Source: Eledone cirrhosa
Lineage: Eukaryota
DNA: 64,000 nt
NCBI GenBank assembly: GCA_964016885.1
Contig: OZ024743.1
Coordinates: 313,782,001-313,846,000 of the forward strand
Direction: 5' to 3'
Of the stretch, positions 1 through 12,324 are shown one piece after another (the stretch's first letter is position 1; each line of letters begins with the position of its first letter). A program made the translations under genes and the position numbers. The notes beneath the pieces are model-generated. The model saw only the letters and a list, made by a program, of their open reading frames with translations. It ran no database searches and was not told the origin of the DNA.

Positions 1-1879
1 ACTCCTTTTGAATAGTGAAACAAAATCACTGGAAGCTGGAGAAGTTAATATTAATTGTGGATTTTTTCCGGGTGACTCTTTATCACCGCTTTTATTCTGC
101 ATCGCACTTATACCATTAAGTAAAATGCTCAATGAAACAAAACATGGATATAAAGTCTATGACAAAACCATTAATCACTTGTTCTACATGGATGACCTGA
201 AACTATTTGCAAAAAATGATGAACATGGCAAGGGCTATTATCCACTGTGGAGCAGTTCAGTGATGACATTAAAATGGAGTTTGTACTAGATAAATGCGCC
301 AAAGCAACGTTCACCAGAGGAAAGCTCATGAAGAGTTCAGACATTAATCTTGATCGAGGGAATGTGATAAGAGAACTTGATCAAGAGGAAACTTACAAAT
401 ATCTAGGTGTTTGTGAAGGAGATGGAATCAAGCACTGGACACTGAGGGAAAGGATAAGGAAGGAATGTTACCGCAGAGTAAGAGCAATCTTAAGAACGGA
501 ATTGAATGCAAGCAATAGGATCGATGCCATAAACACGCTTGCCATACCAGTAATAACCTACAGTTACAATGTCATCAACTGGTCAAGCACAGAGATCCGT
601 AGGCTCGATACAAAAATTCGAAAATTCTTAACCATGCACAGAATGCATCACCCTAAGGCAGATACAGATAGAATATATCTCCCTAGGAAAGAAGGAGGAC
701 GTGGGTTAATCCAGTTAGACATTGCGTTGAAAACTGCAACAATTGGATTATCTACCTATCTAAGGGAATCACATGATTGGATGATCAAACTCGTTTTGAA
801 ACACGAAAGCATCAAAAGATCATACTCCATTACAAAAGATGCACAAAGATACAGTAATGGACTACACATTTCAGAAGTCCAATTTACTGCTGAAATGGAA
901 AACACAGAAAAAGCAAAGCAGGTAAAAGTAACTGCAAAGAAAGAACAGCTACAGAAACTGGCTAAGAAATGGCAAGAAAAGCCTCTGTATGGAAAATACC
1001 CAGAACGAGCTAACAATCCTGATGTTGACAAAACTTTAACCCATCAGTGGTTGGCATCCTCTGGACTGAAATCGGAGACTGAAGGACTGATTATATCAGC
1101 ACAAGATCAGTGTCTGCAAAACAAAAAATTACCAAGCCAACATAATAAAAAAATGGATGCAGCCCATTATGCCGTGTATGTAAAAAACAACCAGAGACCA
1201 TTGACCATATAATTTCAATGTGCAGTCCTATAGCTCCAACCGAATACCTAAACAGGCATGACAGAGCTGCACAATACATGCATTGGATAATGTGTAAGCA
1301 TTTTGACCTGCCCCATCAAAAGAATTGGTGGGAGCATCAACCACCTCCCATACTTGAAAAAGATAACATCTCAATCTTGTGGAACTTTAGTATCCAAACA
1401 TACCGAAAAATAGATGCAAATAGACCTGATATAATATTGAAGGACTTTAAAAAGAGGGTATGCCTGCTAATTGATATGTCCGTTCCAATAGACAAGAATG
1501 TATCTATAAAAACATTTGAAAAATTGAGCAAGTATAAGGACCTGGAGATAGAAATTGGAAAAATGTGAAAATTGAGAACTAAAACAATACCAGTAGTTGT
1601 AAGCGCTCTAGGAATGATACCTAAGGGGTCTAATGATTACTTATCGCAAATCCCAGGAAACCCGCGTATAGGAGAAATACAAAAGATAGTACTAATGGGA
1701 ACTGCCCATATACTAAGGAAGATTCTGTCAATATAAGTACATCACAAGTCTAAACACTAAAGATGCATGTGTGAGTATGTATGTTCTTTCTTGAACATGG
1801 CAGACTTTGTTGTCTCTTGAGGTCACCGGTTGTGACTTGGTGATAACTCGTATGAACATAAAGCAAGATAAATGCAGCT

Positions 1880-1880
<1 letters not shown>
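1..1880 (+). mobile_element. R4/Dong-like RLE non-LTR retrotransposon, family A (3' part, frameshifted), ending at (TAA)n
   Basis: RT motifs GDSLSPLLF and LFYMDDLKLFA (ORF 8-289); thumb YKYLG and LYLPRKEGGRGL (247-1212); CCHC knuckle across a frameshift near 1170-1225; RLE motifs RPDII..LIDMSVP..K.SKY (1218-1568); 3'UTR runs directly into (TAA)n. Starts before the window edge. Confidence 0.9.
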
Positions 1881-1943
<63 letters not shown>

Positions 1944-1947
1944 TAAT
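1881..1947. repeat. (TAA)n microsatellite between Dong-A 3' end and Tx1 copy 1 3' end
   Basis: Directly visible. Confidence 0.97.
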
Positions 1948-2232
1948 GATTTCTTTATTAACCACAAGGGTTTACATAAAGTAGACATTAAGGACAGTGC
2001 AGGACAATACAGGACGGTACAAATGGGCATTTCTGCGTGTAAAAAATAAAAACAGAGGATGTAACAAAAAAATAACAATGAAAAATTCCCTAATAGGAGG
2101 GAGACTTCGGAGAGACATTTGTGGAGAAAACCCAGTAAAAGGCCATAGTAACCCTGACCACCAAGGCAATTGCCCTCTCCCAGTTTTCCACCTTTAATTT
2201 ACAGATACGTACTCAGAGTACGTATCTGTAAA

Positions 2233-5200
2233 TTAAAGGTGATTCACTCGGGCCATTCTTGCTTCTCTCACCCATCTTTCAACAAAATGCTGGGAAGAGA
2301 GCACTTCCCTCTCTACTCTGATTTTCCTTTTCAAATGAAATTTGAAAAAGTCAATCAGGGCATCACCGAAGAGGTAAGTGCTCGTCTTCAGCCCTTTCAA
2401 AAGTGTCCACCATACTATCTCTTTCGCCATGGCCACCAGACAGATAAAAACTGCCTGCCCTTCCCTGCTAAAGTAAGAGAGCGGGGCAATCCTCACGATG
2501 GACTCAGATGATAGCCGGATCCGTCCTACACGCGACAGCAGGTGTTCGACATAAACCCACAAGTCAGCAATTTTCGGACACTGGACGAGTGCGTGCAGGA
2601 CGGTTTCGTCGCCCTGCGCGCATCTCGGACATACCCGGCTGACGGCACCTCCATGCCTGTAGAGTTTATCCCGAACTGGCAAGGTTCCTCGGTAGCACTG
2701 CCAGGGCAGAGTTTTCTGGAAGTTGTCCATAGGTCCCGGCCCGAAAGTTCTTCCGAAGAGATTGGTTAGTTGATTTTCGTCGACGCCTAGAGTTACCCCA
2801 AGTACGTCGTCGCTCTTCCTCTCAACTAATACTCTATAGAACTCCGAGGTGGAGTTTCCACCGATCACATTGCCCGATTGGTCGAGGGCTGTGAGCGCCT
2901 GAAGACATTCCAGTCTCCAGGCGCTCCCTCTCGGTCTTCGCTTGACCCAGGACTGCAGCTCCGTCAAGGAAACGAGCTGGGGAAATACGTGTCTAGGAAA
3001 CGTTGACCACACCTGATCACCCTCGAGGAAGAGGTGGAGATGTCGTAGCCTAAGCGCTTGTCTCCGCATCATCAGCCACGGCATGCCCAGCCCTCCACGT
3101 AGCGCGTGTTGACAGCAGATGGACCGCCTGACTATCGGAGCGCGTCCCTTCCACAAAAGCGAAAGAGCAAACGCTCCAGCGCAGTCAGGCGGGGCTTAGG
3201 ACAAGGTACGACGGTCAGGCGGTAGCAGATGACAGACGCGATGTACGCGTTAGCCACCTCCGCTCGACCTTTCAGGGATAGCTCCTCTCGGCCCATTTCT
3301 GGGTGAGAGAAGCCACCCTGCTAGTCCCCTCGTCTCAGTTTTTGTCCGTCTGGAGGTCCGGACCGAACCAGACCCCTAGCAATTTAACCGGTCCGTCCGT
3401 CCAGCGTCCGACGACGCTGTTGGACGGCATGGACCTGCCTCTCCAGGTGCCGAGCTACAGTCCCGCTGACATTTCCTGGTTGATCATTGCTCCTGTCACC
3501 GCTTCGTATTCTCTTAGTGTAGTGCCGATCGCCTCAATCTGTTTGGCGTTCGACACCACTACGGTGACATCCTCCGCATATGCTGACACGGATCTTCCGC
3601 ATCCAAGTTCGCGCGGGACGCCCCTCAACGTCTCCAGTTTGTGCAGTAATGGCTCGAGAGTCAATACGTACAAGAGGGACGAGAGGGGACATCCTTGGCG
3701 GACCGAGCGCATGATGTTGAACGGTTCCGAAAGGTGACCGTTCACTCTCACCACAGAGCAGATGTCGCTGTGCATGGCAGCGATCCAGCCTCTGAAGACG
3801 GGCCCGTCGCCCTCAGGACTGCCGCTAGGTAACGATGGTCGACCCTATCGAAAGCTTTCGACTGATCTAAATTGATCAAGGACCCACCCGTGCCAGGTTT
3901 CCTAGCTACACTCTCTACGATGTATCGCATGAGGTGGAGGTTGTCGTGGATGGATATGTCGGGAATGGCGCATGTCTGCGCCTTTGCCACCAGACCTCCA
4001 ACGACAAGCGCCAAACTCTTTGCTAGCACCCTGGCCAAAATCTTGAACTCTGCGTTTAGCAGAGTTATGGGCCTAAACTTATCTATGTTATCCCCCTTGT
4101 TCGGATCCTTTCTCAGCAGCGCCACAGCTTCTCTGCTCACAGAGTTGGGAATTCTCCCGTTCTGTTGCCAGTTGCAGTAGACGTCCGCCAAGAGGCCTCC
4201 GAACAAGTCTGGCATCTGTACGTAAAGTTCATAGGGCAGACCATCCAAACCAGGCGATTTACCCCTTGTGCAGCCAGTCATTGCCTCCCATATTTCAGCG
4301 GATGTTATCGGCTTTTCGCAACACTCCGCCTCAGTGGCCGAGAGCCGCGGCAGTCCGTTGTGGTAGACACTAAAGTCCATCCCCCGACCCGGCCCACCGC
4401 TGCCCTCGAACAACTGAGCGAAGTGACGCTGAAAAGCTTCACACATTTGCCCGGGATCGAGTAGCATGCGCCCGTCGTGGTCCACCAAAGACCGGATCAT
4501 GGCTTTGTTGCCACGACGCGCCTCCGCCACTCGGGCCCATTGAACGGCTTTCGTCCCCTCGTGTCTGAGAGCACGCACCCTAGCTCTGAAAACGCAGCCT
4601 CCGTACTTTGCACTGAAGAATTGGTCAAGGGCCAATTTCGCCGCAAGCACGTCGGTCGCGATGCCTTTGCTAAGCGCCTCGTCTAATCTTCTAACTAGTT
4701 CTCCCTCTGCTCTATTTTTCTCTATTGCTAAAGCCTTACTAAACCTAATGGATTCTATTCTAATCGCTCTTTTCAGAGCAAACCACCACCTGTTGTTGAC
4801 GATGGACCCCGTCAACGCCCGCTTAACTAGTTCGCTAATCCGGTCTCTGTAGGCCTTGCGCGCTGGTAAGGACGCTTATAGCTTCCAGTAGCCGGGTCCT
4901 TGTCTATGAAGCCTATCTAAGTCAAGCACACAGATCACGAATTTGTGGTCCGTGTAGCTGACTATCTTGAATTGTGGACAGCCTTTGCTAGACCTATCTA
5001 TTTCCCTACAAAATACTCTATCTAGATATGATCTGCATGACCCTATGCGATTTGTCCAAGTCCACATTGGCACAGGGGAAATCCAATCGGTACCTGTCAG
5101 ACAGTTTAAAACGCCTGAGCAGGTTGGTGAGGCTCTTGCACCCTCCAGCCCTATCCGCTAATCCCACACAGTCCCAGCGTGCATCTAATATCCCGTTCCA

Positions 5201-5612
5201 GTCGCCCACTAACACTAAAAAGCGGGACGTTCCAAGAAAGGTCTCCATACGCCGGAATAAATCAGGTCTCCCTGCTCCTGTCGGCCACTAGCCTGAAAGC
5301 TTGCCCGTCTCCGCTGGTCACGTCCAGCACCACCAACTTACCCTCTGAGTCCAGGAAGATGGCCCGTATGGCGAGATCCAAACCTCTCCGAAAAAGCACA
5401 GCAACTCCTCCCCCCGATCCAGGAGGGCTGGGAGATGCGTACACATCGTAGCCGCCGAAGATCGGTGCGAAGGCCCGTGCTTCAGAGATTCTTGTCTCAC
5501 TGATGTCCACTACATCTATGTTTAGTGGCCTGAGGTCGTTGAGCAGGTGACCCTGCTTCCATGACGACCCCAAGCCACGCGCATTTATGCTGCCTATTCT
5601 GAGTGAGATCAT
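2233..5612 (-). pseudogene. Tx1 copy 1 ORF2 (APE-RT-CCHC), multiple frameshifts
   Basis: ORF fragments 5262-5612, 5018-5248, 4876-5073, 3748-4815, 3455-3775 and 2233-3156 are colinear with the 750-aa ORF of copy 2. Confidence 0.9.
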
Positions 5613-5647
5613 GTTTAAAATGGAGTGGAAAAGATGGGAAAGACCAC

Positions 5648-7570
5648 TTACCGTATTTGATCGTCTGATGAAGGGACCGTTGAATCGTCCCTTCGGCTGG
5701 TCGTCAGCTCTTCTATGAGTATGTCCGAATATACTCTCCGATTGAGAGTCCCTCCTAGGTCTCTGAAATCACCAACTGCGTTGGGGAATTTCGTTTTAAT
5801 GTTTGTGTATTGTTTCTGTGCTATTTTTACCAGTTTTATGTTCGTTGGCGTTTTTATTGGTGCTGGTATTATGTAGTCGTACTGTGAAATGTCTGTGTGT
5901 TCAATTATGTAAGTCATTAGTTTCTTGTTGTGTGTATTTATTGCCGTGCATTTGTTTTTCTGGAGGTGGGGTGTGGTTCTGCTATTTTCTTGTCGTTGTT
6001 ACTGGGTGTGTGTGTTTTGTTGTTGTGTTTGCGATGTTGGTGCTTGTGGTGGTGGTGTTGAAGGTGTTGTTGTTGGTGGTGGGGTTGTTGCCGGTGGTGA
6101 TGGTGGTGCTAGTGTGGGTGATGATGGTGTTGGTGGTGTTGCTGCTGTGAGTCTCTTTGCAGTAGCCTTTACCCTCTTTTCATTTCTTTCCTCCCTTTTC
6201 GAAGGCGACGATGCGCTGCTTCTGCGTGTGTGCCTTCTTCCGACCTTTTGCCATCCCTCTCCCACCTCACACTCCATGTCTGATTCTGTGAGGTCGGGGA
6301 GGGGTACCAGCTCCACTCTTTCACTTGTTGTTGTTGGTGATGTTTGCAGTGGAGTCTCTGTTGCAGCTGCATTTGGTATTACTGTTGTTGTTGTTAATAC
6401 TTTCACTGCTGCTGCTGTTCTTGATTTCCGTGGCGTGAGTATGGGTGCTACGGACCTATCGTTCCTGGTTGCCGCTTGTCCTGTTGCTGGTAGCAGTGGA
6501 GCCGGTTTCAGAAGGAGGGGGGTTTCTCCTTTCTCAGGGTCTTCTCGTTGCAGAAGGCCCTGAGGTGAGTCTTCGATCCACAGCGAAAGCATTTCGGGCG
6601 TTTGCCCTCAACACTTATGGGCAGTTGAGTGCCGTTATCGAAGTCTATCACATCCGGGATAGCTTCGATGCACTCCTGGTTGGTTTGGATTAACATCTCA
6701 ATGGAGGTGCCGACCCAATCTTCTCTTACTTTTTTCTGTACTTGCAGTACAGTTGTTTTGTCCTCGATTCCGACGAGGACAGACGCGGCCAGCCAAGAAG
6801 GGGCAATCACAATTTTTTGCCCGCAGTAGGAGGGCACCAACGCCATTTCCTCGCTCCTTAGGGTCACTAAGGATTGAGCCTTTGCCTCCTGGGGTGTGGC
6901 AAAAAGCACGTCTACGGTGGCATATTTCTTGCCTCGGGTGATATGCGTTTTCCGCTGCCACACAGACCCTAAGGCTTTTTGTATTTGAGCCTCTGTGGCT
7001 CTTTCAACCCTACGGGATTTTGTGCTTACTGTACGGTACGTGACCGTACAGTGCTGTTGGGTTTCGAATAATTTTTCGGCTGCCTTGCAGATTGCTCGGT
7101 ATCCGGTTTTCGTCACCATCTTCTTCGCTTCCTGTAATTCCTCATTTGTTATGAGGATGGTTTCCAGGTTCTTTGCGATACCTGCAAACGAGATTGGTTT
7201 TTCTTTGCTGCGTTGTTGTTGTTGTTGTCGTCAGAGCTGCTGTTACTTTTGTTGTTGCTGCAGGTACTACGACTACTGCCGCCGCCGCTGTTGCTGTGGT
7301 TGTTGTTGTTGTTGTTGTTGCTGCTGCTGCTGCTGCTGCTGTTGTTGCTGTTGCTGCTAAAACTGTTGTTGTTTATGCTGCTGCTGATGCTGTTTCGGCT
7401 GCTACTGTTGTTTTCCTTGTCACTGTTGCTGCTGGTGCTGTTATTACGGCTGCTACTGCTATTATTCATGACGTCAGACGAATTAAATGGGTTTTCGTAT
7501 TTACCGCACACCCTTTTCGTCATTGTCGTCGTCGTGGAGAAATGTTTCATGATTTTCACGTGATTTTTCT
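5648..7570 (-). pseudogene. Tx1 copy 1 ORF1 (RNA-binding region, Zn knuckle, Thr/Pro-rich linker), frameshifted; start approximate
   Basis: Fragments 6508-7119, 5999-6592 and 5648-5917 align by eye to copy 2 ORF1 (CTV.YRT..KSRRVERA.E.QIQKALG, VPSYCGQ, VEG.RP.C..CG..THLRAFC). Confidence 0.8.
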
Positions 7571-8904
7571 TGACTGGCGTCGCTTGCGAAAGAGAAGGGA
7601 GGGAGAGAGACACATTTAGAGAAGGGAGGGAGAGAGACAATCTTCTCTCTGCTGTAGTGTCGATTGAGGAAGAAGAAAACGGAATGAGTGGGAGTAACCT
7701 ATGAAAATTCTTTTTCGTGACCATGTTTTTTTTTTTTTTAAATAAATATTGGGCACAAAACCCCAATAAGCGGTTATTTAACCCCGAAGGGTCAAATAAC
7801 GGGCAGAAAGTCCCCTCTCACGAGGAGGAGGGTGTTTTTGTCTACAATTTGGTGAAAGTTTTAAACAATTTACAATTGTTATAGCGGTCAAAATTTACAA
7901 TACCTTACAGAGCCGAGCCTCATTCAACAATGGAATTTAATAATAATAATAATAATAATAATATTAATAATAATAGGGAAGAAAACGCACATGGTGGATA
8001 TATATCGTTATGGAATCGCTCCCGTACGTTTTTGATTTTTACTTATTTAAAACAACTGTGATAGAATAATTCTTATTACAAATGAAGTATAAGATTACAG
8101 TTTTTTTACACTCAGCAATCCACAACGCATCACTTTACGGCATAGGGCCCCAATATTTAATATTTAATTTTGGATCATAAGGTTATAGTCGAAAAAGAGA
8201 AAAGTGGCAAAATGGCTAAGTGGACAGACAGGCAAATAATTTCACCACAAACACCACCACCGCCACCATCACCACTACCACGCCAAAAACTCTAGTCAAG
8301 TTACCTCAACTTCTATTTCTAATTCAACTTCAACACCATCACTACAGTACTACGATCACATCACCACCACCACTGCCTCATTATCGCTACCGCCGCTATT
8401 TTCTCCCACTACCTCCTGCTAAGTACTACTAGCACAGCACCACCACTGCCTCATTATCGCTACCGGCGCTATTCTCTCCCACTACCTCCTGCTAAGACAG
8501 GCATCGTAGTACCCCAATAAAAGTGGAAGGCATCAAAAGATATAAATAGACTGATTTGATGACCCGGTCAAAAAATCAAAAAACCAAAAATCAACATCAA
8601 AACAGCACAGCAACAACGAAAAACGTAAAGAAAAGAAAAATGAAAAGAAAAACAGACAGACAGGGAAGGAAAAAAAAACAAAAAAAAAACTAAGTCATAC
8701 ATTCAAACATTACATTACAATGAAACTTATGCTTATTCATTTTTTGGTTTTGTTTACCTATTTATTTGTTTGTTTATTTATGTTCGTCTGCAGCGTGATA
8801 GTGCCACACTAAAATCACCGGGGGGTGATCAAATCACTGGGGGTGATGAAATCACCGGTGGTTATGTAACCATACATTCACCAAACCTCGATTATAGTAT
8901 TTAA

Positions 8905-11900
8905 ATGTCGAATCTAAACAAATCCAATAACGGTGAAGTGGAGACTGGAATGTCATGTGACAGACTCTCACCCAGCAGGTGCTCCCTGGCTCAGCAGCAG
9001 GGATTTGGTTGTCAACCAAATACTGCTGGTGTCGGAGGAAGAAGAAGAAGGAAAGTGACCAGAACACACTGGACGAAAGAATTGAATAGAACTGTTATGC
9101 AATGTTACCTGAAGAGTAACCCCATGGAAAAAGGCTATAGGAAACGGATGCATAACATCTGGAACGAGATTGGTCTATTTAAATTAGATGAACAAAAATT
9201 GGCCGGGTAGGCTCGTGTAATAGAACTAATGGGTGAATAAGCGAGCTGGAACTGGAGGAACTGAGCAGAGAGATTAGGTTGGAAATGGAGATTGGAGTAT
9301 GCCAGGCAAACGAGGCAGTGGGAAATGAAGGTGAAAAGGTTGAGAGAACGGAGGAACCATCCGAAGCAAACAATGATCTGAATGCTGAAATAAATAATTG
9401 TTTCTACTTTAGGCACAAGAGTAATACCTGGAACAAAGATACGGCCATTGAGGAGATGAATGCTGACGGACTAGGACAAGATTTGGTTGATATCCTAAAC
9501 TTAGTGGTAGATGAATTGAACAATGATAGTGGGAAACCTATGAACCTAAGATATGTAGACAGGAAAAAGTTAAAAGAAAAAACAGCTAAGGTAAACAAAG
9601 TCATCCCATACCTTGAGGCGAGGAGCCTTCACCAGAGCAACAATATCCTCAAAGCAACAGCAAATGCGGTAAGGATAAAAGCGAGAGGAAACAACAAACA
9701 AGAAAGATCAGAACCTTGGTGGAAGAAACGACTGAATGGTCAAATCAGGGAAATGAGAAATGACATTGGAAAGCTTGAGTCCCTACTGAATGGGACACTA
9801 AAAAACATAGACACTAAAAATAAACTGGAAATAAAGTACAAAACTAGGAGGAAAAAGCTAAATATTATCATAGAGGAACTGAAGCAACGCATTGTAGCAA
9901 AGAGTGCAAAAATTAGGCAATACGAGAGCAGAGTCAGTCAGTATAGACAGAACCGCATGTTTGACAACAACCAGAAGATGTTGTTTGGACAGCTTGAAGG
10001 GAAAGAAAGAGGCAACTAAATGATCCCTGAGGCGGAACAAACTAAGACATTCTGGAGAGGAATATGGGAGCAGGATGTTAAATATAATGACCAGGCAGTG
10101 TGGATTGAGACAGTAGAAAAGGAGATTAGTGAACAGGCACACCAACAAACGTATTTGAGTATCACAGTTGAAACTCTTAAGGGGCAAGCCAAAAAACTAA
10201 CCAACTGGAAACCACCAGGCCCAGATGGTGTGCAGCGGTATTGGATTAAAAATATAACACCCCTCCACCCGAAACTGACAGGTACCAGAATGGTTGACAA
10301 AAGGTACCACAGTTCTGGTAATGAAAGACTGAATCAAGGGTAATGATGTTACCAACTATAGACCTATCACATGTCTGTCCGTAATGTGGAAACTGTTGAC
10401 AAGCATTATGTCTGAGGAAATCTACCATCACCTCCACACAAACAACTTGTTACCGGACGAACAGAAAGGATGCTGAAAGAAGACCCGTGGTACAAAGGAC
10501 CAGTTACTTATTGATAAGATGGTAATGAGGAATTGCAAGAGGAGACACACTGGTCTTGCCATGGGATGGATAGACTACAAAAAGGCATTTGACATGGTGC
10601 CTCATTCTTGGATCACCAAAAGCCTAGAGATCTTCAAGGTGGGAGATAACATCAGACAGTTGTTGGGCAAAAGTATGAAGTCCTGGAAAACAGAGTTAAC
10701 ATCAGCTGCAGAATCCTTGGGAGGCGTGAAGATCAAGAGAGGTATCTTCCAGGGAGATAGTCTGTCCCCTCTGTTGTTTCTCCTTGCCCTGATGCCCTTG
10801 ACCATTATACTGCGAAAAGTGAGAGCAGGATACAAGTTGGGAAAGGGAGAGCTTACCATCAATCACCTCCTCTTCATGGACGATCTTAAGCTCTTCGGGA
10901 AGAGTGAGAAGTAGTTGGATGTGCTTGTTGACACTGTCCGTATTTTCAGCAATGATATATGTATGCAATTTGGTATTAGTAAGTGTGGAGTGCTTGTGAT
11001 GAAGAGGGGTAAATTGAGCAGAAGCAACAGAATCCAGGTACCAACAGGTGGGATTATAAAGGAAATTGACACTGGAGAAGGATACAAGTATTTGGGTGTT
11101 CTGGAGGCTGATGACATCAAGAACAAAAAAATGAAGGAATTGATAAGATCTGGATACATTCGGAGAACAAGGAGCGTATTAAAGTCACATCTGAACAGTA
11201 GGAATGCCATAAGTGCAGTACATTCCCGAGCTGTGTCTATTATTAGGTACAGTGCGGGAATTCTGAGATGGAATGTTGCTGAACAAAAAGAAATGGATAG
11301 GAAGACTAGGACGCTATTGACTATCTACAACATGTTCCACAAGAGGAATGATGTCGATAGACTCTACTTAAGGAGATCTGAAGGTGGAAGAGGTCTTATC
11401 AGCATAGAGGACTGTGTTCAGATGGAGAAATACAACCTACACAAATACGTGACTGATAGTAAGGAGCCAATGCTCAGAAATGTACTGAAGGAGAGGACAA
11501 TAGAGCAAGGGATGTCCAAGGAGGAAATAACAACAAGGAGAAAGAGCAGCCTTCAGGAAAAATCCCTTCATGGTACCTTCTTTGAGAAAACTGAATTCAG
11601 AGATCCACATACATGGAACTGGTTAAAAAGAGGGGACCTCAAAAAGGCTACAGAAGGAATGCTAATGGCTGCGCAAGAGCAGGCCCTCAAAACGAAGTGG
11701 TTGAAACACCATATTTAGAAGGAGGAGGCTAGTCCACTGTGCAGGATCTGTGGAGAGAGAGAGGAGACTATTGCTCACATTGTATCTGAGTGTAAACACC
11801 TAGCCCAGACTCACTATAAAGGCCGGAGACATGATGTAATCGGCAGGGTGATCTACTGGCACCCATGCAAAGTAAACAATTTACCACATTCTGAGAAGTG

Positions 11901-12017
11901 GTATGAGCATAAGCCAGAGTCGGTGATAGAAAACGATCAGGTGAAGGTGCTGTGGCTTGATATTCATTTCAACAAACTTTCCAGTTAATTAACATCAATG
12001 ACTGCGACTCAAAGAAC

Positions 12018-12018
<1 letters not shown>
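8905..12018 (+). mobile_element. R4/Dong-like RLE retrotransposon, family B, near full length but with the RLE domain deleted
   Basis: N-terminal R..WT.E.N..VM.CY..GYRKRM..IW DNA-binding-like region; [43 protein letters not shown]; CRICGEREETIAHIVSEC knuckle near 11735-11795; ends in (TAA)n. 5'UTR boundary not defined. Confidence 0.9.
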
Positions 12019-12053
<35 letters not shown>

Positions 12054-12324
12054 AGTAATAATAATAATAATAATAATAATGTTTTCTTTATTAACCACAA
12101 GGGTTTACATAAAGTAGACATTAAGGACAGTACAGGACAATACAGGACGGTACAAATGGGCATTTCTGCGTGTAAAAAAAACGGAGGTTGAAATAAAATA
12201 ACAAAGAAAAATTCCCCAATAGGGGGGAGACTTCCGAGGGACATTTGTGGAGAAAGCCCATTAAAAGACATCAGTGGCCCTGACCACCAGGGCAAGTGCC
12301 CTCTCCCAGTTTTCCACCTTTAAT

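Larger units (their letters stand above)
1948..7937 (-). mobile_element. L1/Tx1-clade LINE, copy 1 (full length, disrupted), flanked by (TAA)n at both ends
   Basis: ORF1 with CX2CX4HX4C knuckle (CFRCGSKTHLRAFC); ORF2 with APE endonuclease (SINARGL, GDWNGI, YLDRVF, YTDHK), RT (KSPGLDGL, RPITLLN, DQSKAFDRV, RQGCPLS) and C-terminal CCHC (CPRC..ETVLHALVQC); AATAAA near the 3' end. Confidence 0.93.

Noticed and set aside
7749-7840. HDV-like ribozyme in the Tx1 copy 1 5'UTR (minus strand CTC-CTCCTCGT-GAG)
   Set aside because: No P1 partner or GG for P1.1 could be found, and it is not present in the copy 2 5'UTR.
8366-8860. ~55-bp duplication (8366/8440) and three ~18-bp AAATCACCGG..GTGAT hairpin repeats before Dong-B
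   Set aside because: Real but uninterpretable; no ribozyme or promoter fold could be assigned.
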